Below, piece after piece: positions 20,308 to 31,082 of a DNA stretch of 64,000 nucleotides (its first letter is position 1; the number at the start of each line of letters is the position of its first letter). A program made the position numbers and the translations under genes. Source of the stretch: Calditrichota bacterium. Lineage in GTDB: Bacteria; Calditrichota; Calditrichia; Calditrichales; J004. The DNA lies in NCBI GenBank assembly GCA_024277115.1, contig JAJRVW010000119.1, forward strand, positions 365 to 64,364. Reading direction: 5' to 3'. A model generated the notes under the pieces. It made no database searches, was not told the origin of the DNA, and worked only from the letters and a program-made list of their open reading frames with translations.

Positions 20308-21966
20308 ATGAAAAAAAGGAACCTGATATTATTATTCCTTTCCTTTTTCTTCCTTTCTGCCAGCGCCTGGCCACCCGAAGCCGAACAGGATTATTATTAT
20401 AAACTGAAAAAAAGCTGGCAGCACATGCAAAATGTGTTCGAACAAATCAATTTACATTATGTCGATGAAATCGATCCCTATCCACTGGTTAAGGCCGGGA
20501 TTGATGGCATGCTTGAGGAGCTAGACCCATACACGGTTTTTATCGAAGAAGATGGTGAACGCCGCTTAAAAATGATCACCACAGGCAAGTATGGCGGGCT
20601 TGGTATGGAAATCGGGATGAAAAATAAAAAAATTACAATCGTTTCTCCCATGGATAACTCACCGGCAAAACGTGCCGGAATCCAGGCAGGGGATATTATT
20701 GTAAATATCGACGGGCAAAATGTTGAAGGTTATAATATCAGTAAAGTATCTAAATTATTGCGTGGTGAAATCGGTACAACTATTGATTTGGAGCTTTATC
20801 GTGAAGGCTATTCTGAAAACCTTAAGATGACCCTTACACGTTCTGAAATTTTAATCGAAGATGTGGGTTATGCCGGGTTTATTGATCCGGGCGTTGCCTA
20901 TATAAGCCTAAATGGTTTTACCGATAAAGCAGCGCGGGAAGTAAAACGTGCCATCCGTGAGCTTAAAGAAAAAGGCACGATCAAAAAAGTTATTTTAGAT
21001 TTACGTGGCAATCCCGGTGGTTTATTGGATGCAGCTGTAGATATTGTTAGTATTTTTGTTCCCAAAGGCCAAACGGTAGTTTATACAAAAGGTTTTAGGG
21101 AAAACGAAGTTGTTTTTAAAACCCGCAACCAGCCCATTTTGGCGGATGTTCCGCTTGCGGTTTTGGTGGATGGCGGCAGCGCCAGCGCCTCAGAAATTGT
21201 GGCCGGCGCATTGCAGGATTTAGACAGGGCGGTAATTGTGGGGGAGAGGACCTTTGGAAAAGGGCTTGTCCAAAAAGTGTATAATGTGGATAAAAACAGT
21301 GATACCAAGGTTAAAATAACCACGGCAAAATATTATATCCCCAGTGGCCGGTCTATCCAGAAAAGAGATTATTCTTTTAAAAACGAGGTGGTTGTTGGCG
21401 GTACGAACCAGCCCGATACTTTGGCGGATATTTATTTTACACAGAATAAACGCGAGGTTTTTGACCATGGCGGTGTGCAGCCCGATTTGTATGTAAAAGG
21501 CGATTCTTTAGATTATGTGGTGATAGAACTAATCCGTAAAAATATGTTGTTCAATTTTGCCGTACATTATCATCAAATTCATCCACAATGGCAGGGAAAG
21601 TTTGAAATTAGCAATGCGATTCTTGCTGAGTTTAAGACCTATCTTAAAGAGAATAATTTTGACTATAGTGTTGAAGGAAGCCGTGAAATAAACCGTCTGA
21701 AAAAGATTGTGCGCAGAAAAGCCGCCAATAAAGAAATGCTTGCCCTGCTTGGCGATCTGGAACAAAAATTACTTTCAGAAAAAGAGAATTATCTGGCAAG
21801 TTGTGATACGCAAATCAAAAAGTTTTTGAAGCTCGAACTGGCCGAGAAGTATTTTGGCCGGAAGGGAAATTATCAATATTCTATTGATGATGATGCCCAG
21901 GTGGCCAGTGCCATCGAGGTATTAAAAAATCAATCGCAGTACAATAAAATTCTTGCTGTAAAGTGA
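20308..21966 (+). CDS. ctpA: S41A C-terminal processing peptidase
   Basis: PDZ domain, DLRGNPGGLL, SASASEIVAGALQD, TFGKG. Confidence 0.92.
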   Translation: MKKRNLILLFLSFFFLSASAWPPEAEQDYYYKLKKSWQHMQNVFEQINLHYVDEIDPYPLVKAGIDGMLEELDPYTVFIEEDGERRLKMITTGKYGGLGMEIGMKNKKITIVSPMDNSPAKRAGIQAGDIIVNIDGQNVEGYNISKVSKLLRGEIGTTIDLELYREGYSENLKMTLTRSEILIEDVGYAGFIDPGVAYISLNGFTDKAAREVKRAIRELKEKGTIKKVILDLRGNPGGLLDAAVDIVSIFVPKGQTVVYTKGFRENEVVFKTRNQPILADVPLAVLVDGGSASASEIVAGALQDLDRAVIVGERTFGKGLVQKVYNVDKNSDTKVKITTAKYYIPSGRSIQKRDYSFKNEVVVGGTNQPDTLADIYFTQNKREVFDHGGVQPDLYVKGDSLDYVVIELIRKNMLFNFAVHYHQIHPQWQGKFEISNAILAEFKTYLKENNFDYSVEGSREINRLKKIVRRKAANKEMLALLGDLEQKLLSEKENYLASCDTQIKKFLKLELAEKYFGRKGNYQYSIDDDAQVASAIEVLKNQSQYNKILAVK

Positions 21967-22006
21967 TTGAAAGATTGCCCAATCCATCCTAAATTACCTT
22001 CATAAC

Positions 22007-22041
22007 AAATCCTCCACATTTTGTGGGGGATTTTCTATTTT
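22007..22041 (+). terminator. Rho-independent terminator
   Basis: AAATCCTCCACA/TGTGGGGGATTT stem with T-rich tail. Confidence 0.65.
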
Positions 22042-22298
22042 TATTAGGCTTATGCAATTGGGAAGCCAAGCATGGGCTTTAATATACCAAAAATTCTAAA
22101 GTACAAAGGAACAATCACTTAAATGCCATATAAAAAGTCCCCTGTCGGGGAATATTTATAGCCCGGAGTTTAGGTTTGTTATTTGATACTTGTTTTTTGT
22201 GATCTTCTAAATTTTACTTTAGCAATTTAGGTAGTACATTTACTTTCGGAAAGCGTAAATGTTTTCGATTAGGGTTAATCACGAAGAGATAAAACGGT

Positions 22299-23678
22299 AT
22301 GACAGAAAATGAACTTTTTAAAAGAATAAACGCCATTGCGCAATCCTGTGATTACAAAATCTATGTGGTGGGTGGCTTTGTACGTGACAAGATTCTTGGT
22401 AAGCCGGGCAAAGATATCGATTTTGTCGTGGTCGGCGATGCCATGAAATTTGCCACTGTCCTGAAAAAAGAACTTAAGATTAAGACGCTTGTCCAGTATC
22501 CACGTTTTGGTACGTTTATGGCCAATTACAAAGGTTATAGCCTGGAATTTGTAAATGCCCGCGAGGAGTCTTACGATTTTAATTCGCGCAATCCGGTTAC
22601 AAAGCAGGCCGATCTTTTAACCGACTTAAGCCGCCGGGATTTTACCATAAATACCCTGGCCATGGATATTTCTGAAGAAAATTTCGGTGCGGTTATTGAT
22701 GTTTATAATGGCCGGGAAGATATAAAAAAAGGGATTATCCGAACGCCACTGGAGCCAGGTAAAACATTTAGCGATGACCCTTTACGCATGATGCGTGCCA
22801 TCCGCTTTGCCAGCCGTTTTAAATTTGAAATTGAGCAAGACACTTTTGAGGCCATCACAAAAAATGCCGAACGCCTCGCCATTATTTCTGTAGAACGGAT
22901 CCAGGATGAGTTTAATAAAATCCTGATGGCTGATGTGCCTTCTTTTGGGTTAAGGTTGTTGGAAGAGTGTGGGCTTTTAAAACAATTTTTACCCGAGGCA
23001 ATCGTGATGAAAGGGGTGGAACAGAAAAAAGAATTTCATCACAAAGATGTTTTTTACCACACCTTGGAGGTAATAGACAATCTTGCCAAAACAAGTAATA
23101 AGTTGGAATTGCGGTTGGCGGGGCTGTTCCATGATATTGCCAAGCCGCGGACCAAACGTTTTGTGGAAGCTACGGGTTGGACATTTCATGGCCACGAAGT
23201 TGTTGGTGAACGTATGGCGCGTGCCATCCTTAAACGTCTCAAATACTCCAATGAAATAATCGATTATGTAAAAAAACTGGTCCGTTTGCACCTGCGCCCC
23301 ATGGCATTAATCAGCGACGAAGTGACCGATTCGGCGATGCGCCGCTTGCTTTTTTTGGCCGGGAATGAGTTCGACGATTTGATGATCTTGTGCCGTGCAG
23401 ATATTACTTCAAAAAATCCCAACCGGGTAAAACGGTATTTGGGCAATTACGAATATCTTTTAAAAAAGGTAGTTGAAGTTGAAGAGCGTGACCGAATCCG
23501 AAATTTCCAGCCACCGGTGAACGGACAGGAAATTATGGCAATTTTTAACTGTAAACCGGGACGTTTAATCGGCGAGGTTAAGAAATTTGTGGAAGAAGCC
23601 ATTTTGGATGGCGAGGTAGAAAATGATCATGATGCCTGTATTAAATTTATCCTGGACAATAAAAATCGTTTTGAGTAA
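22299..23678 (+). CDS. cca: CCA tRNA nucleotidyltransferase with HD domain
   Basis: VGGFVRD..DIDF, RRDFTIN, DDPLRMMRAIRF, HDIAKP; consistent with local tRNAs lacking encoded CCA. Confidence 0.9.
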   Translation: MTENELFKRINAIAQSCDYKIYVVGGFVRDKILGKPGKDIDFVVVGDAMKFATVLKKELKIKTLVQYPRFGTFMANYKGYSLEFVNAREESYDFNSRNPVTKQADLLTDLSRRDFTINTLAMDISEENFGAVIDVYNGREDIKKGIIRTPLEPGKTFSDDPLRMMRAIRFASRFKFEIEQDTFEAITKNAERLAIISVERIQDEFNKILMADVPSFGLRLLEECGLLKQFLPEAIVMKGVEQKKEFHHKDVFYHTLEVIDNLAKTSNKLELRLAGLFHDIAKPRTKRFVEATGWTFHGHEVVGERMARAILKRLKYSNEIIDYVKKLVRLHLRPMALISDEVTDSAMRRLLFLAGNEFDDLMILCRADITSKNPNRVKRYLGNYEYLLKKVVEVEERDRIRNFQPPVNGQEIMAIFNCKPGRLIGEVKKFVEEAILDGEVENDHDACIKFILDNKNRFE

Positions 23679-23848
23679 ATAAAAAACATGCACTCAATTT
23701 AGGTTAGTGTAGCTGATTATTTCTTTTTTGTACTTTTCTCTTTCCCGTAGTATTTCAGGTAAATCCTTTATAAATTATTGCTCAAAAATACAATCTTGCA
23801 ACTTTTAAAATTACTTCACGTCAGTTAGATCGTTTTTAGGAGGCCAAA

Positions 23849-24565
23849 ATGACAGAACAAACCAATCAACAACCCGATGGTAATATGAACACTGTTTCAT
23901 TATTAACAAAAGTTTTTACTGACCCTCAACAAGTATTTGAAAGTTTAAGGACAAATCCAGTCTGGATTGTCCCCATTATTATAACGATGGCTTTTGGGCT
24001 TGTTTTTACTTATTCGACACAAGAGCTTCAGATGGAGTATTCCAAAAATATTATCAATGAATCTCAGATGATTCCGGAAACAGCCAAAGAAGCAGCGATA
24101 GATGACATAGAAAATCCTACAGATTTTAAAATATACTATATGCCGGCAATTACCATTGTACTGATGACATTTGTTATCCCGCTAGTTATTGCCCTTGTTT
24201 TATTGGTATTTGGTAATTTTGTTTTTGGTGGAAGCGCGTCGTATAAAACATTGTTTTCTGCATCGGCTTGGGCCGGATTGATAGGTGTGCTCGAAGGAAT
24301 CGTGAAACTGCCATTGATGCTTAGCAAGGGTACAATGGAAGTTTATACAAGCCTTGCATTACTGTTGGATTTGGATGATTCCAAAACATTTTTATTCCAG
24401 GTGTTAAATTTAGCGGATGTTTTTGTTATCTGGAAAATTTTCGTTTATTCAGTTGCCTTTTCCGTGATTTATAAATTCAGCGCGACAAAAAGTTACGCAA
24501 CAATTATTTCATTATACCTTGTGTATGCATTTATCGGAATCGGCTTTGCACAAATGTTTATGTAA
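23849..24565 (+). CDS. Yip1-domain membrane protein
   Basis: VFTDP..VFESLR..P.W pattern, about 5 TM segments, leads the efflux operon. Confidence 0.75.
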   Translation: MTEQTNQQPDGNMNTVSLLTKVFTDPQQVFESLRTNPVWIVPIIITMAFGLVFTYSTQELQMEYSKNIINESQMIPETAKEAAIDDIENPTDFKIYYMPAITIVLMTFVIPLVIALVLLVFGNFVFGGSASYKTLFSASAWAGLIGVLEGIVKLPLMLSKGTMEVYTSLALLLDLDDSKTFLFQVLNLADVFVIWKIFVYSVAFSVIYKFSATKSYATIISLYLVYAFIGIGFAQMFM

Positions 24566-24591
24566 TAAAATTTATTAAAGGAGATTTAAGT

Positions 24592-25956
24592 ATGAAATTG
24601 ATGATAATATTCATCGCGGTTTTAATGTTTACAGGAAACGTGCTTGCACAGGAAAAACTAGGCCTTAATGATTGTATAAGTATAGCTTTAAAAAACAATA
24701 GTACATTAAAACAAAAAGAATACAGTAACCAGGCTGCCCAAAAAGATATACTGAGTAGCTACTCCGGTATTTTGCCGACTATAGATTTGAGCTTTCGTAA
24801 GGGAGAGACCACCGTTGGTAGTTCGGAAAGAACACTTAACGATGTTGTTGTTGATGTTGATCCTCTTACAGGCCGGCCTATTTATGGTACCGCTAGAATT
24901 AAAACAGATAAGCAGTATGTTAAGGATAACTCGTTAAATCTCTCGGTAAACCAAAATATTGTTGATGGTGGACGTTGGTGGAATCGGATTAGCAAAGCAG
25001 CGGTTGATGAGAAATCGTCTGATTATGATTTAGCCGCAGAAATGAATGCGGTGATTTTGTCGGTTCAATCCAGCTATTTTGACCTGCTTAAACAAATTAA
25101 ATTGTACGAGGTAAATAAAGTAGCTGTTCAACGCAGCGAAGGCCAGCTAAAACTGACACAGAAAATGTTTGAACTTGGGTCTAAGGCCAAGCTGGATGTT
25201 TTTCAGGCTAAGGTGAACCTTGGTAATGATAAGATTAGCTTATTAAGCCAAAGAAACGTGATGGAAGCAGCGCGGCGTAATCTCAATTTGGCCTTGGGCA
25301 GAGAGCCTGACCACGCCCTGGAAATTCAAAGCGTTGTTGAAAACCAGGAAAAACTGCAATCAATAAATGCGCTTATCGACGATGCCCTGGAAAACCAGCC
25401 TGCTTTAAAACGGAATGAAGCGAATATTAAATCTTTTGAACATGGCGTCTCTTTGGCAGAAGCCCAGTACTACCCAAGCCTGTCCGCGTATTTTCAGTAT
25501 AATCGTCGTAACTCGGAGTTGGAAAAAATATATAAAAAATTGAATCTGGAATATGTTTGGAGCGTCGGGATTTCTTTAAACTGGAATTTATTTAACGGCA
25601 TGACGGATTATGTAAATGTTCAGAAAGCTAAAATCAATAAAATGAATTCCCAGGAAATCCAGGTCGCTTATTTGCGCTCATTAAAATCCCGGATTAAGGG
25701 ATATTATGATGATTATATCTCGTATGTGGAAATCACTCATATCAATGAAGAAAACCTGGAAGCCGCAAAAGAAGAGCTTCGTTTAGCGAAAGAACGCTAT
25801 ACAATTGGTGCTGGTACGTCACTTGATGTACGCGAAGCACAGGTAAAACTTACACGGGCGGAAGAGACATTGATCGCGGCCCGCTATAATACATTAATCA
25901 CCTTGGCGCAGTTGGACAATGAGCTTGGGATTACAGAAAAGAAACTGAAGAATTAA
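24592..25956 (+). CDS. TolC-family outer membrane protein
   Basis: Signal peptide, two OEP repeats (LNDCISIALKNN; ERYTIGAGTSLDV). Confidence 0.9.
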   Translation: MKLMIIFIAVLMFTGNVLAQEKLGLNDCISIALKNNSTLKQKEYSNQAAQKDILSSYSGILPTIDLSFRKGETTVGSSERTLNDVVVDVDPLTGRPIYGTARIKTDKQYVKDNSLNLSVNQNIVDGGRWWNRISKAAVDEKSSDYDLAAEMNAVILSVQSSYFDLLKQIKLYEVNKVAVQRSEGQLKLTQKMFELGSKAKLDVFQAKVNLGNDKISLLSQRNVMEAARRNLNLALGREPDHALEIQSVVENQEKLQSINALIDDALENQPALKRNEANIKSFEHGVSLAEAQYYPSLSAYFQYNRRNSELEKIYKKLNLEYVWSVGISLNWNLFNGMTDYVNVQKAKINKMNSQEIQVAYLRSLKSRIKGYYDDYISYVEITHINEENLEAAKEELRLAKERYTIGAGTSLDVREAQVKLTRAEETLIAARYNTLITLAQLDNELGITEKKLKN

Positions 25957-26002
25957 TTTACTCGGTTTGATCAATTCTGTTTATTGAGATTTGAGGAAAA
26001 AG

Positions 26003-27211
26003 ATGAAAAAAAAATTAATCATCATCGGGGTAGTGGTGATTGTAGGCGCGCTTATTATTGTAAATCTTTTAAAGGAAGAAAAAGGCCTGGAAGTTACCAC
26101 AGAAATAATTGAAAAGGGTACAGTCATAAAAAAAGTGACAGGTTCCGGCCAGGTAGAGCCTGCGGTGGAAGTAAAAGTAAGCGCCAATGTTTCCGGCAAA
26201 ATTGTAAACCTTACCGTTAAAGAAGGCGACCCGGTTAAAAAGGGCCAGCTTCTGGTGGAGTTGGAACGCAACCAGTACGCTGCCGCATTAAAAAGGGCCA
26301 ACTCGGCTTTGTTGGCGGCCATTGCCAATGAAAAAAAAGCGGCCAGCGATTTGGAACGCTCCAAAAAATTGCATGAACAAGGCTTGATTTCTGATGCCGA
26401 ATATGAATCGGCACTGGCAAGTTTTGATGCACAGTTGGGCAACCGCGAACAGATGGAAGCATCGAAAGACGAGGCTGCCGACCAATTAAGCAAAACCCGG
26501 CTTTTTGCCACGATGGATGGCGTCGTAACAAAACTTAATAAAGAACAAGGCGAGATCGCCATTGGCGCCACTTTTTCCGAAGATGTTATTTTGATTGTAT
26601 CCGATCTCTCTGTGATGGAATCGGTGATAGAGGTGGATGAAAATGAAGTTGTGGGGATTTCCATCGGCGATACGGCTGATGTTGAGTTAGACACTTTCCC
26701 CGATACAACTTTTAAAGGTGTTGTAACCGAGATCGCTAATTCGGCCATAACTAAAGGTTTAGGTACACAAGAACAGGTAACCAGTTTTAAGGTGACCATA
26801 ACAATTAAAAATGCCGATGAGCGTTTCCGCCCCGGGATGAGTACAACGGTAGATGTTTACACCGAAAAAATGGATAATATTTTGCGTGTGCCAATCCAAT
26901 CGGTAACTGTACGGGAAAAAGACCGGCTCACTCAGAAAAAGAATGTTGAAGACCATCCCGATGAAAATAAGGAAGCGGTTAATAAAAAAGATAAAGAAGA
27001 AATGGTTGAAGTCGTTTTTGTAAAAGAGGGCAAAGAAGCTGTGGCCAAACAGGTAAAGCTGGGTATCAGTGATGACACGCATTATGCGATTTTGAGTGGT
27101 TTAAATGAAGGCGATGAGGTTATTACCGCACCGTTCAAGGCAATAAATAAAACGCTTAAAAATAGCGATCGTATTAAACTAAAAGAAAAGGAAGATAAAA
27201 ATGCTGATTGA
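26003..27211 (+). CDS. Efflux periplasmic adaptor (MacA/HlyD-like)
   Basis: [22 protein letters not shown] lipoyl half; FRPGMS. Confidence 0.9.
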   Translation: MKKKLIIIGVVVIVGALIIVNLLKEEKGLEVTTEIIEKGTVIKKVTGSGQVEPAVEVKVSANVSGKIVNLTVKEGDPVKKGQLLVELERNQYAAALKRANSALLAAIANEKKAASDLERSKKLHEQGLISDAEYESALASFDAQLGNREQMEASKDEAADQLSKTRLFATMDGVVTKLNKEQGEIAIGATFSEDVILIVSDLSVMESVIEVDENEVVGISIGDTADVELDTFPDTTFKGVVTEIANSAITKGLGTQEQVTSFKVTITIKNADERFRPGMSTTVDVYTEKMDNILRVPIQSVTVREKDRLTQKKNVEDHPDENKEAVNKKDKEEMVEVVFVKEGKEAVAKQVKLGISDDTHYAILSGLNEGDEVITAPFKAINKTLKNSDRIKLKEKEDKNAD

Positions 27212-27884
27212 CATGAAGAGCCTTTATAAGGTTTATGATCTTGGTGAAACAGAAGTGTTCGCACTAAACGGTGTTGATGTTCAAATTGCAAAAAATGAGT
27301 ATGTTGCGATAATGGGGCCATCGGGTTCGGGCAAATCTACACTAATGAATATTATTGGCTGCCTGGATGTACCAAGCAATGGGGAATATGTTTTAAATGC
27401 CCAAAAAGTAAACGAACTTGTTGATGATGAACTGGCCGAGATACGCAACAAAGAAATCGGTTTTGTCTTCCAGACATTTAACCTTTTGCCGCGTGCCACC
27501 GCCCTGCATAATGTTGAATTACCGTTGATTTATAACGGGACAACCCGGCAAGAGCGGAAAGAGATTGCTAAAAATACCTTGGAAAAAGTTGGGCTTGGCG
27601 ACCGGATGCACCATAAACCGAACGAGCTATCCGGTGGACAAAGACAACGTGTGGCCGTGGCCCGCGCATTGGTCAACAACCCTTCAATAATTTTAGCCGA
27701 TTAACCGACAGGCAACCTTGATTCTAAAACAGGTAAAGAAATTATGCAGCTTTTTGATGATTTGCATAAAGCAGGCAACACAATAATTTTAGTAACGCAC
27801 GAAGAAGATATTGCCCAACATTCGCATCGTATTATCCGTTTGCTGGATGGTAAAATATTGTCGGACGAGCAGGTAAAACACTAG
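27201..27884 (+). pseudogene. MacB/LolD-type ABC ATPase with in-frame TAA at the Walker B glutamate (27702-27704)
   Basis: [29 protein letters not shown]...VTHE...LLDGKI; the frame continues to TAG at 27882-27884. Confidence 0.88.
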
Positions 27885-28009
27885 CATTGAAAGATTGAAG
27901 GCAGAATATCTCAAATGAAAAAAGTGTGCAGGTAAATAGTTTTAATAATTTTCGTATTTAAAAATTTTAAACATTTATAAAGAAAAGATATTTACAATCA
28001 TTTAAAATT

Positions 28010-29242
28010 ATGATTAAAAACAGTTTTGCGACAATCGCAGAATATTTTAGAATGGCCGGTGTTTCGATAGTTAGCCATAAACTGCGCTCCTTCCTTACAA
28101 CACTTGGTATTTTTATTGGCGTTACAACCATCATTACAATCTGGACAACCATTCAGGGCCTAAACGAATATATAAACTCGGTGCTATCGGATATTGGTTC
28201 ATCGGTGGTTTATGTGGAAAAATTTCCCTGGGTGCCTACCGAAGAATTTTGGACTTACCGCAATCGTAAAAACATAACCTGGCAAGAATATGAAGCTGTA
28301 GAAAAATACAGCACACTTGCCGACTTTGTGGCCCCCCAAATCGTTTCCATGAAAACCGTCGGCTTTAGAGAAACCAAATTTGAAAATATCCCCGTTCTTG
28401 GCACAACAGAAAAGTTTCTTGAAACATCGGGCATAGTGCCGGGGCAAGGGCGGTTTCTAACGGAACTGGATGTGCGTAACAAAGTCCCTGTATGTGTGCT
28501 GGGCTCGGATTTGGCCCAAAAATTATTTGAGACAAAAAACGCCCTGGGCGAGCGTATTAAAATTGATGGTTTAAAATACCGGGTTGTGGGCATTTTGGAA
28601 AAGCGTGGCAACTTTTTCGGGCAAAGCCGTGATAATTATGCCGTTGTTCCGGTGGGTACTTTTCGCAATGCCTTTGGTGGGCACCGTGGGCTAACAATCG
28701 CTGTGTTGACCGAAACACCCGAAAACGTAGAGGACATGAAAGAAGAACTGCGTGGAATCCTTCGACGTGAGCGCCATGTGCGTCCGGCCGAGAAAGATAA
28801 TTTTTCCATTAATGAACAGACCCAATTAACCGGGTTTTATAAGAACGCAACTTCGGGCCTCTACGCGATAATCATTATTATTGGCGCCATTTCTTTATTG
28901 GTGGGCGGCATTGGCATCACAAATATTATGTTGGTAAGCGTTACCGAACGTACAAAAGAAATCGGGCTGCGAAAAGCCGTTGGGGCCAGGCGGCGCAATA
29001 TTTTAAGCCAGTTTTTGCTGGAGTCTGTGGCCATTTCGTCCATCGGCGGGTTTATTGGGATTTTTGCCGGTATTATCGTTGGCTCTTTAATTTTAAATAT
29101 TATGACCGTGGAAGGTGGTGTGGCTTTTAGCTCCATTGCCGTTGGATTTTTGTTTTCTACATTTGTCGGGGTTGTTTCGGGATTTTATCCGGCTTATAAA
29201 GCAGCCAATATGAACCCGATTGATTCATTGAGGTATGAGTAA
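28010..29242 (+). CDS. MacB-like ABC permease
   Basis: RSFLTTLGIFIG, NIMLVSVTERTKEIGLRKAVGA, PIDSLRYE. Confidence 0.92.
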   Translation: MIKNSFATIAEYFRMAGVSIVSHKLRSFLTTLGIFIGVTTIITIWTTIQGLNEYINSVLSDIGSSVVYVEKFPWVPTEEFWTYRNRKNITWQEYEAVEKYSTLADFVAPQIVSMKTVGFRETKFENIPVLGTTEKFLETSGIVPGQGRFLTELDVRNKVPVCVLGSDLAQKLFETKNALGERIKIDGLKYRVVGILEKRGNFFGQSRDNYAVVPVGTFRNAFGGHRGLTIAVLTETPENVEDMKEELRGILRRERHVRPAEKDNFSINEQTQLTGFYKNATSGLYAIIIIIGAISLLVGGIGITNIMLVSVTERTKEIGLRKAVGARRRNILSQFLLESVAISSIGGFIGIFAGIIVGSLILNIMTVEGGVAFSSIAVGFLFSTFVGVVSGFYPAYKAANMNPIDSLRYE

Positions 29243-29315
29243 TCTTGATGCTGGATACTGGATGCTGGATGCTGGATGCTGGCTTTTGGATACTTGATAC
29301 TGGATATTTGAATTT
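29243..29315 (+). repeat. Heptamer tandem array (CTGGATR), left arm
   Basis: CTTGATG CTGGATA CTGGATG CTGGATG CTGGATG CTGGCTT TTGGATA CTTGATA CTGGATA TTTGAAT. Confidence 0.85.
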
Positions 29316-29367
29316 ATGTAGAGATTCTTTTTTGATGAGAACTAAGTTATCAAATTAAGGAAACAAT

Positions 29368-29742
29368 GTGAGTTTTAAAAAATTGGAAATTTGGCGGCTC
29401 GCACGGTAGATGACAATTGGAATTCATAAAATGAGTTTGTAATTGCCCAAGTTTGAACTGTATGAAGAAGGTAGTCAGATTCGACGCTCTTCAAAAAGTG
29501 TCCGATCAAATATTTTTGAAAAACATGGTCGTAGAAAGTAAAAAAATGATTTTATTCGGTTTATAGTTTATGCCCCTTCTTCAAACGACGAAACTATTGA
29601 TCATCTCGAAACGATGTTTGAAACAGGCGCATTAAAGGATGGAAAGCAATTTAATTTTTTATACAATAATCTTAATGTTTTGGGCAGAAAAAGAAATAAA
29701 TTTCTAAGCTCAGTAATATTAAAACATAGCGTTGAGAGATAA
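29368..29742 (+). pseudogene. Four-helix-bundle (23S rRNA IVS protein / TIGR02436-like) pseudogene with three in-frame stops
   Basis: Reads [62 protein letters not shown]...SNDETIDHLE; LxxW, LPxxExY, QIRRSSxSVxxNI family motifs. Confidence 0.85.
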
Positions 29743-29790
29743 ATCCAAAATCTAAAATCCAGTATCAAGTATCCAGCATCCAGTATCCAG
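29741..29790 (+). repeat. Heptamer tandem array (YATCCAG), right arm, inverted relative to the left arm
   Basis: AATCCAA AATCTAA AATCCAG TATCAAG TATCCAG CATCCAG TATCCAG. Confidence 0.85.
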
Positions 29791-29799
29791 AGAATTTCT

Positions 29800-31026
29800 A
29801 TGTTAAAAGATAATTTACAAATTGCACTGGCTCAATTGACATCGGGCAAACTGCGCTCTTTATTGACCGTCTTGGGCATTACCATCGGCATTGCCACGGT
29901 TATTGCCATTGTTGCCGTCCTCGAAGGCTATTTTGCGTCGCTTTCAGCTGATTTAAATATGTTGGGCGCTAACACTTTTCAGGTACAAAAATGGGATGCT
30001 TTCGGCGGGATTCAGGTTGGCGCAGGGGATAAACAATATCGGAAAAATTTGCAACCGGAACTGGCCGAAGTCGTGCGCGAGGAGTGTGACCTTGTTCTTA
30101 ATGCCGGCGCTGAAATATGGAAAGGCGGCCAGGTTATACAATATAGTGATAAGAAGACAAACCCTAATATCAGCGTAGCAGGCGGCGAGCCGGAGTTTTT
30201 TCCCAATAACGGCTATTTTATAACCGAAGGCCGGGCCATTACCCGTGAAGATGTTGCCAGTCGACGAAAGAATGTTGTTTTGGGCATGGACACTGTAGAA
30301 AAGCTTTTTCCTTTTGAAGACCCTGTTGGCAAGTTTGTAAAAATAAAAGGGCTAAAATTTAAAGTTGTGGGGTTTATCGAGGAACTGGGCGAACAAGCGT
30401 TGGGAGGGAGTAAAGACAATATTGTTGTGATTCCATTATCAACTTTTGTTGGGATTTTTGGAAGGGAACGATCGGCCAATATAACAATTAGCGTTAAAGA
30501 TGTAGACCTCTTTGAGGAAGCTAAGGATCAGGTAATCGGGGTTATCCGCCGTGAACGAAAAGTACCGCCGGGCGCGGATAATGATTTCGCCATTTTTTCC
30601 AATGATTCACTTGTAGATACTTTTCGTGGTATTGCCAATCAGGTTCAGATTGCCGCAATGTTCTTGGGGTTGATTTCACTTTTGGTAGGCAGTATTGGCG
30701 TGATGAACATTATGCTGGTCACGGTCACCGAACGAACTCGCGAAATTGGTATCCGCAAGGCTGTGGGTGCCAGGCGCAGTACAATTATGGCCCAGTTTTT
30801 AAATGAATCGATTCTGCTTAGTTTGGTTGGCGGTGTATTGGGCATGGCGCTGGGATTTGGTTTGGCCTTTGTTGCAAATATGTACCTCGATATTCCTTTT
30901 GTTATTCCCGTATGGATTGTTATTGCCGCAGTGTTTATAACGAGTATTGTTGGCCTGGGCGCGGGCCTTTACCCGGCCGCAAAAGCTGCGAAGATGGACC
31001 CGATTATTGCTTTAGGGCATGAGTAA
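29800..31026 (+). CDS. MacB-like ABC permease (second)
   Basis: RSLLTVLGITIG, NIMLVTVTERTREIGIRKAVGA. Confidence 0.92.
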   Translation: MLKDNLQIALAQLTSGKLRSLLTVLGITIGIATVIAIVAVLEGYFASLSADLNMLGANTFQVQKWDAFGGIQVGAGDKQYRKNLQPELAEVVREECDLVLNAGAEIWKGGQVIQYSDKKTNPNISVAGGEPEFFPNNGYFITEGRAITREDVASRRKNVVLGMDTVEKLFPFEDPVGKFVKIKGLKFKVVGFIEELGEQALGGSKDNIVVIPLSTFVGIFGRERSANITISVKDVDLFEEAKDQVIGVIRRERKVPPGADNDFAIFSNDSLVDTFRGIANQVQIAAMFLGLISLLVGSIGVMNIMLVTVTERTREIGIRKAVGARRSTIMAQFLNESILLSLVGGVLGMALGFGLAFVANMYLDIPFVIPVWIVIAAVFITSIVGLGAGLYPAAKAAKMDPIIALGHE

Positions 31027-31082
31027 TTTTTTTTAGCGTCAGAAGTAGTTGTGGCGTTGTACTAGTTTAAAATTTCAGAAAA

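Noticed and set aside
25981-26799. 272-aa minus-strand ORF
   Set aside because: Antisense shadow of the efflux adaptor gene.
29368-29742. Avd-like gene as part of a diversity-generating retroelement or an rRNA intervening sequence
   Set aside because: No reverse transcriptase, template repeat or rRNA gene in the window.
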